Shown in pieces: positions 8,266 to 18,106 of a stretch of DNA of 64,000 bases. Numbering within the stretch: position 1 is the first letter of the stretch; each line of letters begins with the position of its first letter. The notes under the pieces were generated by a model. That model was given only the letters and a program-made list of their open reading frames with translations, had not been told where the DNA came from and made no database searches. Source of the stretch: a virus; IMG/VR virus record IMGVR_UViG_3300021335_000009, positions 1 to 64,000 of that record; one strand, written 5' to 3'. A program made the translations under genes and the position numbers.

Positions 8266-9178
8266 GTGCAAGGAGTGCGGAGCTACCTTTGATACTGAAA
8301 AGTCCCTACATAGCCATTTAAAGCTCCATAAAATGTATGTGGGAGATTACTACGTAAAGCATTATCCTAGGTTCAACAAATTAAACGGCAACCCCCTGCC
8401 TTTTAAAAACAAAAACGATTATTTTGAAAATGATTTTGCCGATAGAGACCAACTTGTAGAGTGGTGTAAAATAGCGCCAGACCAAGAAGTAAAAAAATAC
8501 ATTATCGAACTTGCGAAAAGAAGGATAAAACAAAAAAAATATACCCACGCTCCATTTTATTTAGAGCTTTTAAAACGTCAGCTCCCTGACCTTGACATGT
8601 ATAAAAAACATTTCGGAACATACACAAAAGCCTGTGAAGAAATGGGAGGCAAACCTATTTTTTTTAAAGGGATGCCTAAAGAGTTCGATCAAAATGTAGA
8701 TGTTGAAGTTCTTATAGATACAAGAGAACAACAGCCGTTAAAATTTGCGAAGTCTAAAATTTTAAAATTAGATTTTGGGGATTATACTTTAGCAGGAGAT
8801 GATTTTTCTAATACTTTTGTTGATAGAAAAAGCGCTGGAGATTTTTTGTCTACTTTTGGGGCTCAGGCAGATAGATTTAGAAAAGAAATGCAAAGATGTA
8901 TTGATTTAAACAGTTACATGTACATAGTTGTAGAAAAGACAATAGCAGACATAGAAAAAGAAGCTATATTTGCGAAAGGAAAAAGGTCTCCAAAATTAGG
9001 GTGGATTTTTTCAAATTTAATTTCTATTCAGCATGAATTTGCTGGAAACTGTCAATTTGTGTTTACTCAAAGTAGACAACATAGCGAAGAGCTAATCCCA
9101 AAACTTTTATATTTTGGAAAAAAACTTTGGAATGTTGATATTCAATATTTCTTAGATAAACAATTAAAAATAAATTAA
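8249..9178 (+). CDS. C2H2 zinc finger + ERCC4/XPF-like nuclease
   Basis: CKECG..F.....LHSHLKLH; IDTREQ, GDY, VDRKS..DF ERCC4 motifs. Confidence 0.8.
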   Translation: MKMSYRCKECGATFDTEKSLHSHLKLHKMYVGDYYVKHYPRFNKLNGNPLPFKNKNDYFENDFADRDQLVEWCKIAPDQEVKKYIIELAKRRIKQKKYTHAPFYLELLKRQLPDLDMYKKHFGTYTKACEEMGGKPIFFKGMPKEFDQNVDVEVLIDTREQQPLKFAKSKILKLDFGDYTLAGDDFSNTFVDRKSAGDFLSTFGAQADRFRKEMQRCIDLNSYMYIVVEKTIADIEKEAIFAKGKRSPKLGWIFSNLISIQHEFAGNCQFVFTQSRQHSEELIPKLLYFGKKLWNVDIQYFLDKQLKIN

Positions 9179-9179
9179 A

Positions 9180-12100
9180 ATGTGTGCTTGGACAAAAGGA
9201 AACCAAAAACCTTTAAAAAAAGAATCTGTCAATGAACAGATTTTAAATCTAGAAGGTTATTTAGAAGATAATCAAGCAAAGGTTTGGCTTTATAAATTTT
9301 TAAAAGAAAATGTAACTTTTTCCACTCAGTTGCTTACTGGTATTGAGCTTTTTCCATTTCAACACATGGCGGTAAAAGCTATGATGGAAAACGATTATTT
9401 TTTGGGGGTTTGGTGTAAATTCCCTGAAGAATATGTCTTGACCACAGAAGGCTATAAAAAAATAAAAGACATAAAAATTGGAGACTATGTTCAATCTAGG
9501 TATTCAACTAATAAAGTTTTAAATAAGTGGACAAATAAAAAAGAAGAAGGTCTAGAAGTTTCTTTTAAAAATGGACTTTCTTTTAAAGCGAAAAAGGGTC
9601 ATAGAATTTTAACTTATAATAAAGATTTGTTAGATTATGAGTTTAAAAAAATCGAAGACCTTGTTGAGGGTGATTTTTTTCCAATAAAGTGCGAAAAGGG
9701 GCATTGGGGAAATAATAACATCTTAAAGCAATACCCGTTTAAAGAAATTAGAAAAACAGTAAATTGCAATTTCCCAAAAGAAAAATTAAAAATTTCTAAC
9801 GAACTGTTTTACACGTTAGGGTATTTTATTGGCGATGGATATTTTAATAAAGAGTCTGGATGTTTTTCTGTAGTTACAAATTCACAAGAAATAGAAGAAA
9901 GGTTATATAAATTTTTCAGATCTTACAGAGATGTAGACCCTTATTTTAGAAAAACAAAAGGATGCAAAGAAATAATTTTAACAAGCAAAAATTTTACTTA
10001 TTGGTTGTCTTCTTTAGGTTTTAACGATAAAAATAAAGCTCAAAACAAAATAATTCCTGATTCGTTATTTTCTTGCAAAAAATCCCAAATAGCGAATTTA
10101 ATTCGGGGTATTTTTGATGCGGATGGCTATTGCTGCGACACAAAAAGAAAAAAAAGAAGCAATCCTCTTGGGTTAAAATCGACTTCGTATGAACTTCTTA
10201 AACAGGTTCATATTTTGCTTCTTAATTTTGGGGTATATTCATCAATAAACAAAGCTGGTGGAAATGCTTTTGATTTAAAGATACAAAAAAAAGATTCTTT
10301 TTTTAATTTTGCAAAAGAAATAGGATTTACATCAAAACACAAAAAACAAAATTTAAATTACTTTTTAAAAAATAATGTTTTTGCAAATCACAATTATTAC
10401 AACATTCCTGGTTTAGAAAAAAAACTTAACAAAAGCCACAATACAAATAGATTTAAAAAGGTATCTTTAGGCAATAAAGATAAATTAAATCGCTTGCGCC
10501 TAGACCAAGAGCAAGAAAATTTTATAAAAGATTTCGAAAAAGAAAAATTTATTTTTACAGAATTTAAAGAATCAAAAAATATTTTTGAAGAGTCTGTTGA
10601 CATAACAGTAGAGAACGAAGAAAATTATGTAGGGAATGGTTTCATTCATCACAATTCTAGAGGAATGAGTAAGTGTAACTGTGGAGAAACAATAGTTCAC
10701 ACAGAAAACGGCAGAAAAAAATTAAAAAACACTTTTGTCGGAGAAAGCATTTTAACAAAAAATGGATACCATAAAATAATCGACAAGTGGGAAGAGGCTC
10801 CTTTTAGTGGATACTCATTACAAGTAGAAACAGAAGACAGATCGTTTTCCATAAGATGCAGAGCTGATCACAAAATTTTTATTAACAAAACTGAATGTAA
10901 GTTTGTTCAAGATTTAAAGGAAAAAGACTTCATTTATATTTATGAAGATTTTGAAAAATGGAATAGCGAAGAGCCTGTAGATTTAGACAAAAAAAATTAT
11001 GTCAAAGCTCAAATAAAATGTATAAAAAATGGGTTTTTTGAAACTGTTGGAATTACGGTAGAAAAAGAACATAATTATATTGGAAATGGATTTATTAATC
11101 ATAATTCCTTTTCTACTGGCATTTTTGCTTTGTTGGATGCAATGATGAACCAAGGCGTTCATATTGGAATCATATCCAAATCGTTTCGCCAATGTATTAC
11201 TCCCGACGCTCTTGTATCAACAAAAAGAGGTTTGATTAAAGCGCGAGATTTAAATGTTGGAGACATGGTTTTCTCAGAAAAAGGCCATAATAAAATTTTA
11301 AACAAATGGACAAATAAGCCAGCTTCCATTTTAAAACTTCAAACAAATCGTGGATACGAAGTCAAAGGCAAAAAGAATCATAAAATTCTATGCTTAGATG
11401 AAGCCAGCCAAACCAAAATATACAAAGATTTGTCGGAAATCAAGAAGGGTGATTATGTAGCGATTCAAATAAAAGACGCTTTTTTCCCAAAAGGTAAAAA
11501 AACTCATCAAGATGGATACTTTTATGGAACCGTTATAGGGGGCGGCTGTGTATCAAAAAATAAATATGGATATGTTTGTATAACAACTAATGATTTAGAA
11601 ACGGTCGATTCTATGAACGATTTCGCCCAAGCTAATGATTTAAATTTACTAAAAAGACAAAAAAACAAAAGTTCAACATTCGAACTAAGAATTAACAACA
11701 AAAAATGGATTAATGACTTTTTTCAAGACTTGGATGATTCTAAAAAAGCTCATGAGAAATTTTTGCCCGAATCTGTTTTAAATGAAAACAGAGAGTTTGT
11801 TGTTGGGTTATTATCGGGCTTGTTTGATACTGATGGATGCGTTAGTAAAGACAGGGTAGAATTAGCCTCACCCTCTTTGAAATTAATAAAACAAATTCAA
11901 ATTCTTTTATTAAAATTTGGAATTATATCCAAAATACAAAAAGAAAAAGCGAAAGGCAGTATTAAAATATGTGGACATAATGCTTTTGGCAGAGAATCTT
12001 ACAAGCTAAGAATCACCTCTTTAGAGATGATTAAAAGGTTTTATAATGAAATCGGATTCAAACTCTCAAGAAAGCAGAAAATACTAAATAGTGCTATTCA

Positions 12101-13907
12101 AAGCGAAGACCGAGAAAACTGCAATATTGTTCCTTGTTCTGGTTTATACTTATCATCAAAATATCGCTTCCCAGAAACACTAGCTAAAAATTTAGGTAAA
12201 AAAAGACTCCTATCTATACTGAATAAATACTCTGAGAAAATATCTTTAGAGGATTCGGAACGATTAAATGAATTGACTTCATTGTATTGGGATAAAGTGG
12301 ATTGCATTTCTCCTTATCAAGACAAAAAAACAATAGATATTGAAGTAGAAAACGAACATTGTTATACAGGCAATGGATTTGTTAATCATAATTCCAAAAT
12401 GATCTTTCGAAAAATTGAAGATATTGCTCAAGATAAAAAAGCAGAATTATTTAGACAATGCATAGGAAAAATAAACAAATCAAATGATGAATGGTCTATG
12501 CAGATTGGTTCAAGCCGCATAACAGCCTTGCCCCTTGGCGATGGAGAAAAACTTCGCGGTTTCCGTTTTCAAAGAATTATTATTGATGAGCTTTTGCTCA
12601 TGCCAGAAAAAGTTTTAAACGAAGTTATTATGCCGTTTCTTGCTGTTGTGGAAAACCCAACAGAGCGTCAAAAAGTCAAAGATATAGAAGACAAAATGAT
12701 TGCGGCTGGAAAAATGAAAGAAGAAGACCGAACAGAATGGCCTTCAAATAAAATGATTGGGCTTTCGTCGGCATCTTACAAGTTTGAGTATCTTTATAAA
12801 ATGTACCAAGCTTATGAAAATATGATTTTTAATCCTGGAGCAAAAAACCAAGGAAGAAGATGTATTATGCAGTTTAGTTATGATTGTGCTCCTAAAGCTC
12901 TGTATGATGAAAACTTAATTAGCCAAGCAAGAGGGACAATGAGCCAATCTCAAATTGATAGAGAATTTAATGCTCAGTTTACAGATGACAGTGCAGGTTA
13001 TTTTAAAATCAGCAAAATGGCAGAATGTACAATTGAAGATGGTGAATCACCAGCAATTGAAGTGGCTGGAGAAGAAGGATCTGAATATATAATGGCTTTT
13101 GACCCTTCTTGGTCTGAGTCTGAAACTTCCGATGATTTTGCTATTCAAATAATTAAGCTTCTTCCAGAAGAAAAGAAAGGGGTTTTGGTTCATAGTTACG
13201 CCCTTCCTGGAACAAATTTAAAAAAGCATATTATATATTTTAAATATATTTTGGATCATTTTAACATTATTATGATTGTAGGAGACTACAACGGAGGCGT
13301 TCAATTTATAAATTCTTGTAATGAAAGTGAAATTTTTAAAAAAGAAAATATAGAAATTGGCATTTTTGAAGCTGAATTAAACAATCCTCATGAATACACG
13401 AAAGATTTAAAAGAAGCCAGAAGAAACTATAACTTATCAAACAATGTAATTTGTCATTTAAGAAAGCCTTTATCAACATGGATTAGAACCTCTAATGAGA
13501 TGCTTCAAACAGCTTTCGATAGAAAAAGAATCTATTTTGCGGCTACAGCAATGGATGATAATTATTCCATTCAAAAGGCAAAAAAAATACCAATTGAGAG
13601 TTTAAAATTTTCAAAATTTAGCGAAGAAAAAAATAAAGGTGCAAAAATGATTGATTTTATAGAGCATCAAAAAGATATGATTGATTTGACAAAAGCTGAA
13701 TGCGCTTTGATTCAAGTCTCTACTTCTACTGGAGGAACTCAAAGTTTTGATTTACCAAGCAATCTAAAAAGGCAAAAAGGTACAGACAGACCAAGAAAAG
13801 ACTCCTACTCAGCTCTAGTGCTTGGAAATTGGGGAATGAATATTTATTATGATATGATGGATATTCCTGAAGAAAGTAATCAAGGATTTACTCCAATGTT
13901 TATTTAA
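9180..13907 (+). CDS. terL: Terminase large subunit with three inteins (about 617 aa after splicing)
   Basis: Spliced motifs LFPFQ, W-SRGMSK-SF (Walker A-like), LRGFR....IIDE (Walker B), C-terminal nuclease (MAFDP, KDSYSAL); upstream of portal. Confidence 0.9.
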   Translation: MCAWTKGNQKPLKKESVNEQILNLEGYLEDNQAKVWLYKFLKENVTFSTQLLTGIELFPFQHMAVKAMMENDYFLGVWCKFPEEYVLTTEGYKKIKDIKIGDYVQSRYSTNKVLNKWTNKKEEGLEVSFKNGLSFKAKKGHRILTYNKDLLDYEFKKIEDLVEGDFFPIKCEKGHWGNNNILKQYPFKEIRKTVNCNFPKEKLKISNELFYTLGYFIGDGYFNKESGCFSVVTNSQEIEERLYKFFRSYRDVDPYFRKTKGCKEIILTSKNFTYWLSSLGFNDKNKAQNKIIPDSLFSCKKSQIANLIRGIFDADGYCCDTKRKKRSNPLGLKSTSYELLKQVHILLLNFGVYSSINKAGGNAFDLKIQKKDSFFNFAKEIGFTSKHKKQNLNYFLKNNVFANHNYYNIPGLEKKLNKSHNTNRFKKVSLGNKDKLNRLRLDQEQENFIKDFEKEKFIFTEFKESKNIFEESVDITVENEENYVGNGFIHHNSRGMSKCNCGETIVHTENGRKKLKNTFVGESILTKNGYHKIIDKWEEAPFSGYSLQVETEDRSFSIRCRADHKIFINKTECKFVQDLKEKDFIYIYEDFEKWNSEEPVDLDKKNYVKAQIKCIKNGFFETVGITVEKEHNYIGNGFINHNSFSTGIFALLDAMMNQGVHIGIISKSFRQCITPDALVSTKRGLIKARDLNVGDMVFSEKGHNKILNKWTNKPASILKLQTNRGYEVKGKKNHKILCLDEASQTKIYKDLSEIKKGDYVAIQIKDAFFPKGKKTHQDGYFYGTVIGGGCVSKNKYGYVCITTNDLETVDSMNDFAQANDLNLLKRQKNKSSTFELRINNKKWINDFFQDLDDSKKAHEKFLPESVLNENREFVVGLLSGLFDTDGCVSKDRVELASPSLKLIKQIQILLLKFGIISKIQKEKAKGSIKICGHNAFGRESYKLRITSLEMIKRFYNEIGFKLSRKQKILNSAIQSEDRENCNIVPCSGLYLSSKYRFPETLAKNLGKKRLLSILNKYSEKISLEDSERLNELTSLYWDKVDCISPYQDKKTIDIEVENEHCYTGNGFVNHNSKMIFRKIEDIAQDKKAELFRQCIGKINKSNDEWSMQIGSSRITALPLGDGEKLRGFRFQRIIIDELLLMPEKVLNEVIMPFLAVVENPTERQKVKDIEDKMIAAGKMKEEDRTEWPSNKMIGLSSASYKFEYLYKMYQAYENMIFNPGAKNQGRRCIMQFSYDCAPKALYDENLISQARGTMSQSQIDREFNAQFTDDSAGYFKISKMAECTIEDGESPAIEVAGEEGSEYIMAFDPSWSESETSDDFAIQIIKLLPEEKKGVLVHSYALPGTNLKKHIIYFKYILDHFNIIMIVGDYNGGVQFINSCNESEIFKKENIEIGIFEAELNNPHEYTKDLKEARRNYNLSNNVICHLRKPLSTWIRTSNEMLQTAFDRKRIYFAATAMDDNYSIQKAKKIPIESLKFSKFSEEKNKGAKMIDFIEHQKDMIDLTKAECALIQVSTSTGGTQSFDLPSNLKRQKGTDRPRKDSYSALVLGNWGMNIYYDMMDIPEESNQGFTPMFI
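9414..10655 (+). mobile_element. Intein TerL-1 (414 aa) with LAGLIDADG homing endonuclease
   Basis: C1 (CKFPEEYVLT) ... GFIHHN/S; LGYFIGDG and IRGIFDADG blocks. Confidence 0.92.
10674..11105 (+). mobile_element. Mini-intein TerL-2 (144 aa), no endonuclease
   Basis: CNCGETIVHTENG ... CRADHKIF ... GFINHN/S. Confidence 0.9.
11193..12392 (+). mobile_element. Intein TerL-3 (400 aa) with partly degenerate LAGLIDADG domain
   Basis: CITPDALV ... GFVNHN/S; YGTVIGGG and LSGLFDTDG blocks. Confidence 0.92.
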
Positions 13908-13963
13908 AAAAGTTAAGAAAGTTACTTTTAAAAAGTGTAATCAACTTTATAATCTTTGCACAA

Positions 13964-15901
13964 ATGTCAAAAAGAAAATACAATAAAAAATCAGACTACT
14001 GGAATAAATTTCCAAAAAACGCTTCACAAAGTCTAGAATCAAACGATGTAGAGCCTATAACAACTGGAGCTCCTTATCATGTATCTGAAGCTTCTTACAG
14101 CAGAAATGGAGCTACAGCGTACTCAAGAACAAGTTCGAGAATTAATAGGTCGTCTGTAACAAACACTTTAAATAAATTTAGTCAAATAAGAGGTGGGCTT
14201 CTTCCTTATGAAATGTCCTCCGATGGAATTAACGTAAGAGATGCTATAGAGCTTTGTCAAAAAGCATACGCAAATGTCCCTATTTTTAGAAACACTGTCG
14301 ATATGATGTCAGAATTCGCTAATGCTGATGTTTATCTCGAAGGAGGAAGCGCGACATCTAGAAGCTTTTTTGAAAAACTTTTTGATAAAATTAAAATTTG
14401 GGATCTAAAAGATCAATACTTTAGAGAGTATTACAGAAGCGGAAATATTTTTTTATACAGGGTTGATGCGAAGTTTAAGTTAGACGACTATAAGAAGTTT
14501 TCAGAAACAATTTCCGAAGGTCCACTCGCTAATAAATTTCCAATAAAATATATTGTTTTAAATCCTTTTGAGATCGTAGCAAAAAGAAGCTCTGTTTTTA
14601 ATACTAAAGATGGGGCTTACGCTAAAATACTTTCTGAGTTTGATATAGAAAGACTTGCAAATCCAAAAAATGAAGATGACAGAGAAATTTTTGAAAGCTT
14701 AGATCCAGAAGTTCAAGAAAAAATAAAAAACAACTCTCATTTCAAAGACGGTTTAATGATAAACCTAAAAAATGAAAAAATTTCGTACAGTTTTTACAAA
14801 AAACAAGATTACGAACCGTTTGCTATTCCTTTTGGTTATCCAGTTCTTGAGGATATTAACGCCAAATTAGAAATGAAAAAAATGGATCAAGCTATTATGA
14901 GAACCGTTGAAAACGTAATTCTTATGATAACTATGGGGGCAGAGCCTGATAAAGGAGGAATCAACCCTCAAAATGTGTCAGCAATGCAAAAGCTTTTTCA
15001 AAATGAGTCTGTTGGAAGAGTTCTTGTTTCTGATTATACAACCAAAGCTGATTTTATTATTCCTGATATTAATAAAGTTGTCGGGCCTGCAAAGTACGAA
15101 GTTATAAACAAAGATATTAAAGAAGGGTTACAAAATATCATTCTTAATGACGATAAATACAATGGAGCTGAAATGAAAGCTCGTGTATTTTTAGACAGGT
15201 TAAAAGAAGCTCGTGAAGCTTTTTTACAAGACTTTTTGCAGCCCGAACTAAAAAGAATTGCTCAAGACTTGGGTTTTAGATCTTGTCCAAAAGCAAAATT
15301 TAAAGACATTGATTTGCGCGATGAGGTCCAATTAATGAGAGTTGCTACTAGACTTATGGAACTTGGCATTCTTACCGCAGAACAAGGAATGGAATTGTTT
15401 CATACTGGTAAATTTCCGCAAGCTGGTGATTTGGGATCTGCTCAAGAAAAGTTTAAAGAGCAAAGAGAAAAAGGTTATTTTAATCCAGTTGTAGGGGGCG
15501 TTCCAATGATTGAAGACAAATCAACTCCTACTCAAAAAAAGAATGGAGACATGCCTGGAAGACCAGAAGGGTCAAAAGACAAATTTTCTAGAGAAAACAT
15601 TCAAGGTACAATTTATGAAGTCGAAGCTTTAAATTCTTTAGCTAAAGAAAAAATGATTGAAAGCCTGTCTTCGGATAAAAAAGAGCTTTCTGAAAGTCAA
15701 GAAAAAATGCTAGCTAAACTTTGTGAGTCGGTAATATGCTCAACAAAAAAAGAAAAATGGACAGAAACTTTAATTTCATGTGTAAATGATTTTAATGTCA
15801 TAGAAACACTTGGAACATTAAATGATATTTTAGAAATTTCTGAAAAACACAAATTAGAAATATACCCTTCTGCTATTTTATACCATTCTAATGAAGCATA
15901 A
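13964..15901 (+). CDS. Portal protein
   Basis: 645 aa after TerL; AY..VPIFRN.VD.M.EF and FREYYRSGN.F.Y portal-like motifs. Confidence 0.75.
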   Translation: MSKRKYNKKSDYWNKFPKNASQSLESNDVEPITTGAPYHVSEASYSRNGATAYSRTSSRINRSSVTNTLNKFSQIRGGLLPYEMSSDGINVRDAIELCQKAYANVPIFRNTVDMMSEFANADVYLEGGSATSRSFFEKLFDKIKIWDLKDQYFREYYRSGNIFLYRVDAKFKLDDYKKFSETISEGPLANKFPIKYIVLNPFEIVAKRSSVFNTKDGAYAKILSEFDIERLANPKNEDDREIFESLDPEVQEKIKNNSHFKDGLMINLKNEKISYSFYKKQDYEPFAIPFGYPVLEDINAKLEMKKMDQAIMRTVENVILMITMGAEPDKGGINPQNVSAMQKLFQNESVGRVLVSDYTTKADFIIPDINKVVGPAKYEVINKDIKEGLQNIILNDDKYNGAEMKARVFLDRLKEAREAFLQDFLQPELKRIAQDLGFRSCPKAKFKDIDLRDEVQLMRVATRLMELGILTAEQGMELFHTGKFPQAGDLGSAQEKFKEQREKGYFNPVVGGVPMIEDKSTPTQKKNGDMPGRPEGSKDKFSRENIQGTIYEVEALNSLAKEKMIESLSSDKKELSESQEKMLAKLCESVICSTKKEKWTETLISCVNDFNVIETLGTLNDILEISEKHKLEIYPSAILYHSNEA

Positions 15902-17450
15902 ATATACAACAACTTTTGATTTTGAAGTTAAAGCCTGCCAAGAAATTGCTGGATTTGATATAAGTCAAGCTAATATTGAAAATTTAAGAGGGTTGATTCC
16001 CGACTCCGTAAATTTAGAAAAAAATATTGATTTAATGGGGGTAGCGTTTAATGCCGCCGTTGTAAATGAATTTAACAAAAACGGAGATGGAATAAATACA
16101 AAAACAGCCATAGAAGCTGTTCAGCAATTTGTCCATAAACCAACAAACATAGAACACAATAAGAAAAAAATTGTAGGACATATTGTTAATGCTGGATTTA
16201 GCGACTATTCAAATAGTGAAATTTTGCTTAATGTAGACGAAGCAGAAACAAATCCTTTTAATATAGCTTTGGGAGCTGTTATTTATAAAGTTGCAGATGC
16301 TGATTTTTTCGAACTTATAAAAAAGAGCACCGACCCTGCAAACAAAATGTATAAAACCATTTCTGCAAGTTGGGAAGTAGGATTTAGTGAATATAAAATA
16401 GCCGTTGGAAGCAAAAACTTAAAAGAAGCCGAAATCATTTCTGATCCAAAAAAAATTAAAGAAATGAAAGGAATGCTAAAAAGCTTTGGAGGCAAAGGTT
16501 TAACTGAAGAGGGCAAGCCTATTTACAGATTAATAACTGGAGATATATATCCCTTGGGAATTGGATTCACTATGAAGCCTGCTGCAAATGTAAAAGGTGT
16601 AATTAGCAGCGAATACAAAAAAGAAAAAACAGAAAAAGAAAAAATTTCAAGCGCTAATTTGGGGCTTAAAAAACATCAAATAAACTACTTAAAAGAAATA
16701 TCAACAAAAAATAAAGGTATAATTTCACAAAAATTAAAAAACGCTGTAAACAATACTAAAATCATGGACTTAGAGAATCTACTACTACAACTTAAAGAAA
16801 GCCTTGCTGAAGACAAATTTTCAAAAGAGGCTGTCGCAAACATGACTTCTACTTTTGCGGAAGCCATTAAACAAAAAGAAAACGAGTATTTAGCTTCTCT
16901 AGAAGCTGCTTCCAAAGAAAAAGAAAAAGTTTCTTTAGCTAACAAAGAGCTTCAAGCTTCAGTAGAAGAAATCAAAAAAGAACTTAGCGAAGCCCAAAAG
17001 AAAATTGATTCTTTTGAAACAGAAAAGAAAGCTGAAGAAGCTGTTGCTCGTTTTAATTCAAGAATGGAAGAAATCGATTCTATTTATGATCTTGAAGAAA
17101 GTGATAGTTCGTTTATCGCTGAAAAAATTAAAGGACTAGATAGTTCTGAAGAATCTTTTGAGTCATTTAAAAAAGAACTTTCTGTTTTTTGGAGCTCTAA
17201 AAATAAAGAAGCCAAAGCAAAGCAAGAAGAAGCTATTGCAAAACGTGTGCAAGAAGAAGTCGAAGAAAAACTTAAAAAACAAGAAAAAACAGACGAATCT
17301 TTGGCTAAAGAACTTAATGTAGAAGAAGCTTTAGATAGCGCAGAAGCTGAGAAAGCTTCTATTCCTAACAACGTAGAGTCTCAAGCTTCTGAAGAGGCTT
17401 TTGTAGATCGATTTAGAGCTGCATTTAGCCGCGAAAACATTCTTAAATAA
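15891..17450 (+). CDS. Prohead protease fused to scaffold
   Basis: NKNGDGI, KPTNIEH....IVGH, ISASWE, PAA protease-like motifs; acidic coiled-coil C-half; between portal and capsid. Confidence 0.7.
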   Translation: MKHKYTTTFDFEVKACQEIAGFDISQANIENLRGLIPDSVNLEKNIDLMGVAFNAAVVNEFNKNGDGINTKTAIEAVQQFVHKPTNIEHNKKKIVGHIVNAGFSDYSNSEILLNVDEAETNPFNIALGAVIYKVADADFFELIKKSTDPANKMYKTISASWEVGFSEYKIAVGSKNLKEAEIISDPKKIKEMKGMLKSFGGKGLTEEGKPIYRLITGDIYPLGIGFTMKPAANVKGVISSEYKKEKTEKEKISSANLGLKKHQINYLKEISTKNKGIISQKLKNAVNNTKIMDLENLLLQLKESLAEDKFSKEAVANMTSTFAEAIKQKENEYLASLEAASKEKEKVSLANKELQASVEEIKKELSEAQKKIDSFETEKKAEEAVARFNSRMEEIDSIYDLEESDSSFIAEKIKGLDSSEESFESFKKELSVFWSSKNKEAKAKQEEAIAKRVQEEVEEKLKKQEKTDESLAKELNVEEALDSAEAEKASIPNNVESQASEEAFVDRFRAAFSRENILK

Positions 17451-17472
17451 ATTAAAAACCCAAAAAAAAATC

Positions 17473-18087
17473 ATGCTAAGATTACTTCCTTTTAGACAAT
17501 ATAACGAGCACGATGTTGTAAACATGTTTGCTCTTCAAGACGCTGATGTTCTTGAATCTACTACTGGAGACGGTAAAGGTTCGAACGGTGTTTTTGTTAA
17601 AATTACCAATGGTAATTTAGATCAAGAAGTTATTACATACGGATCTAACGATTACTTAGGAAAAACAGATTACCCATTTGTAGGTTCGGATATGTACCCT
17701 ACAAACCCTCTTGAAATTGCTGCTGCTGCTTCTGGAGAAGCCCCTCTTGGATTAACTTTGAATCAAACAGCTAAGACTGACGAAAACGGAGAAAAGTTAA
17801 TTTACAACACTACTAAAAAAGAAGAGCTTCAAGCTGTGCTTCCTGGTCAAAGCGTACCAGTAGCAACAAAAGGTATTTTTACTCTTTCTACAAACGGCAT
17901 CGAAGGAGGAAGTGCTAGTGCATTTACAATTGGTGGAGGTTTTGAAGTTGCTGGTGACGGAACAATTGGTCCTGCTGATGCAAATTCTGCTGAGTCAATT
18001 GGAATGATTCTTGCAACTGGTTCTCGCAGCTCTAACGGAGTTACTGATCAGTTTGCTGGCGATTATGTTGTTGTTAAATTAGGTTAA
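17473..18087 (+). CDS. Capsid decoration/cement protein (putative)
   Basis: 204 aa immediately before MCP; PLG.TL, VPVATKG.F motifs. Confidence 0.55.
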   Translation: MLRLLPFRQYNEHDVVNMFALQDADVLESTTGDGKGSNGVFVKITNGNLDQEVITYGSNDYLGKTDYPFVGSDMYPTNPLEIAAAASGEAPLGLTLNQTAKTDENGEKLIYNTTKKEELQAVLPGQSVPVATKGIFTLSTNGIEGGSASAFTIGGGFEVAGDGTIGPADANSAESIGMILATGSRSSNGVTDQFAGDYVVVKLG

Positions 18088-18106
18088 TAAAAAAAACATT
18101 TATAAT

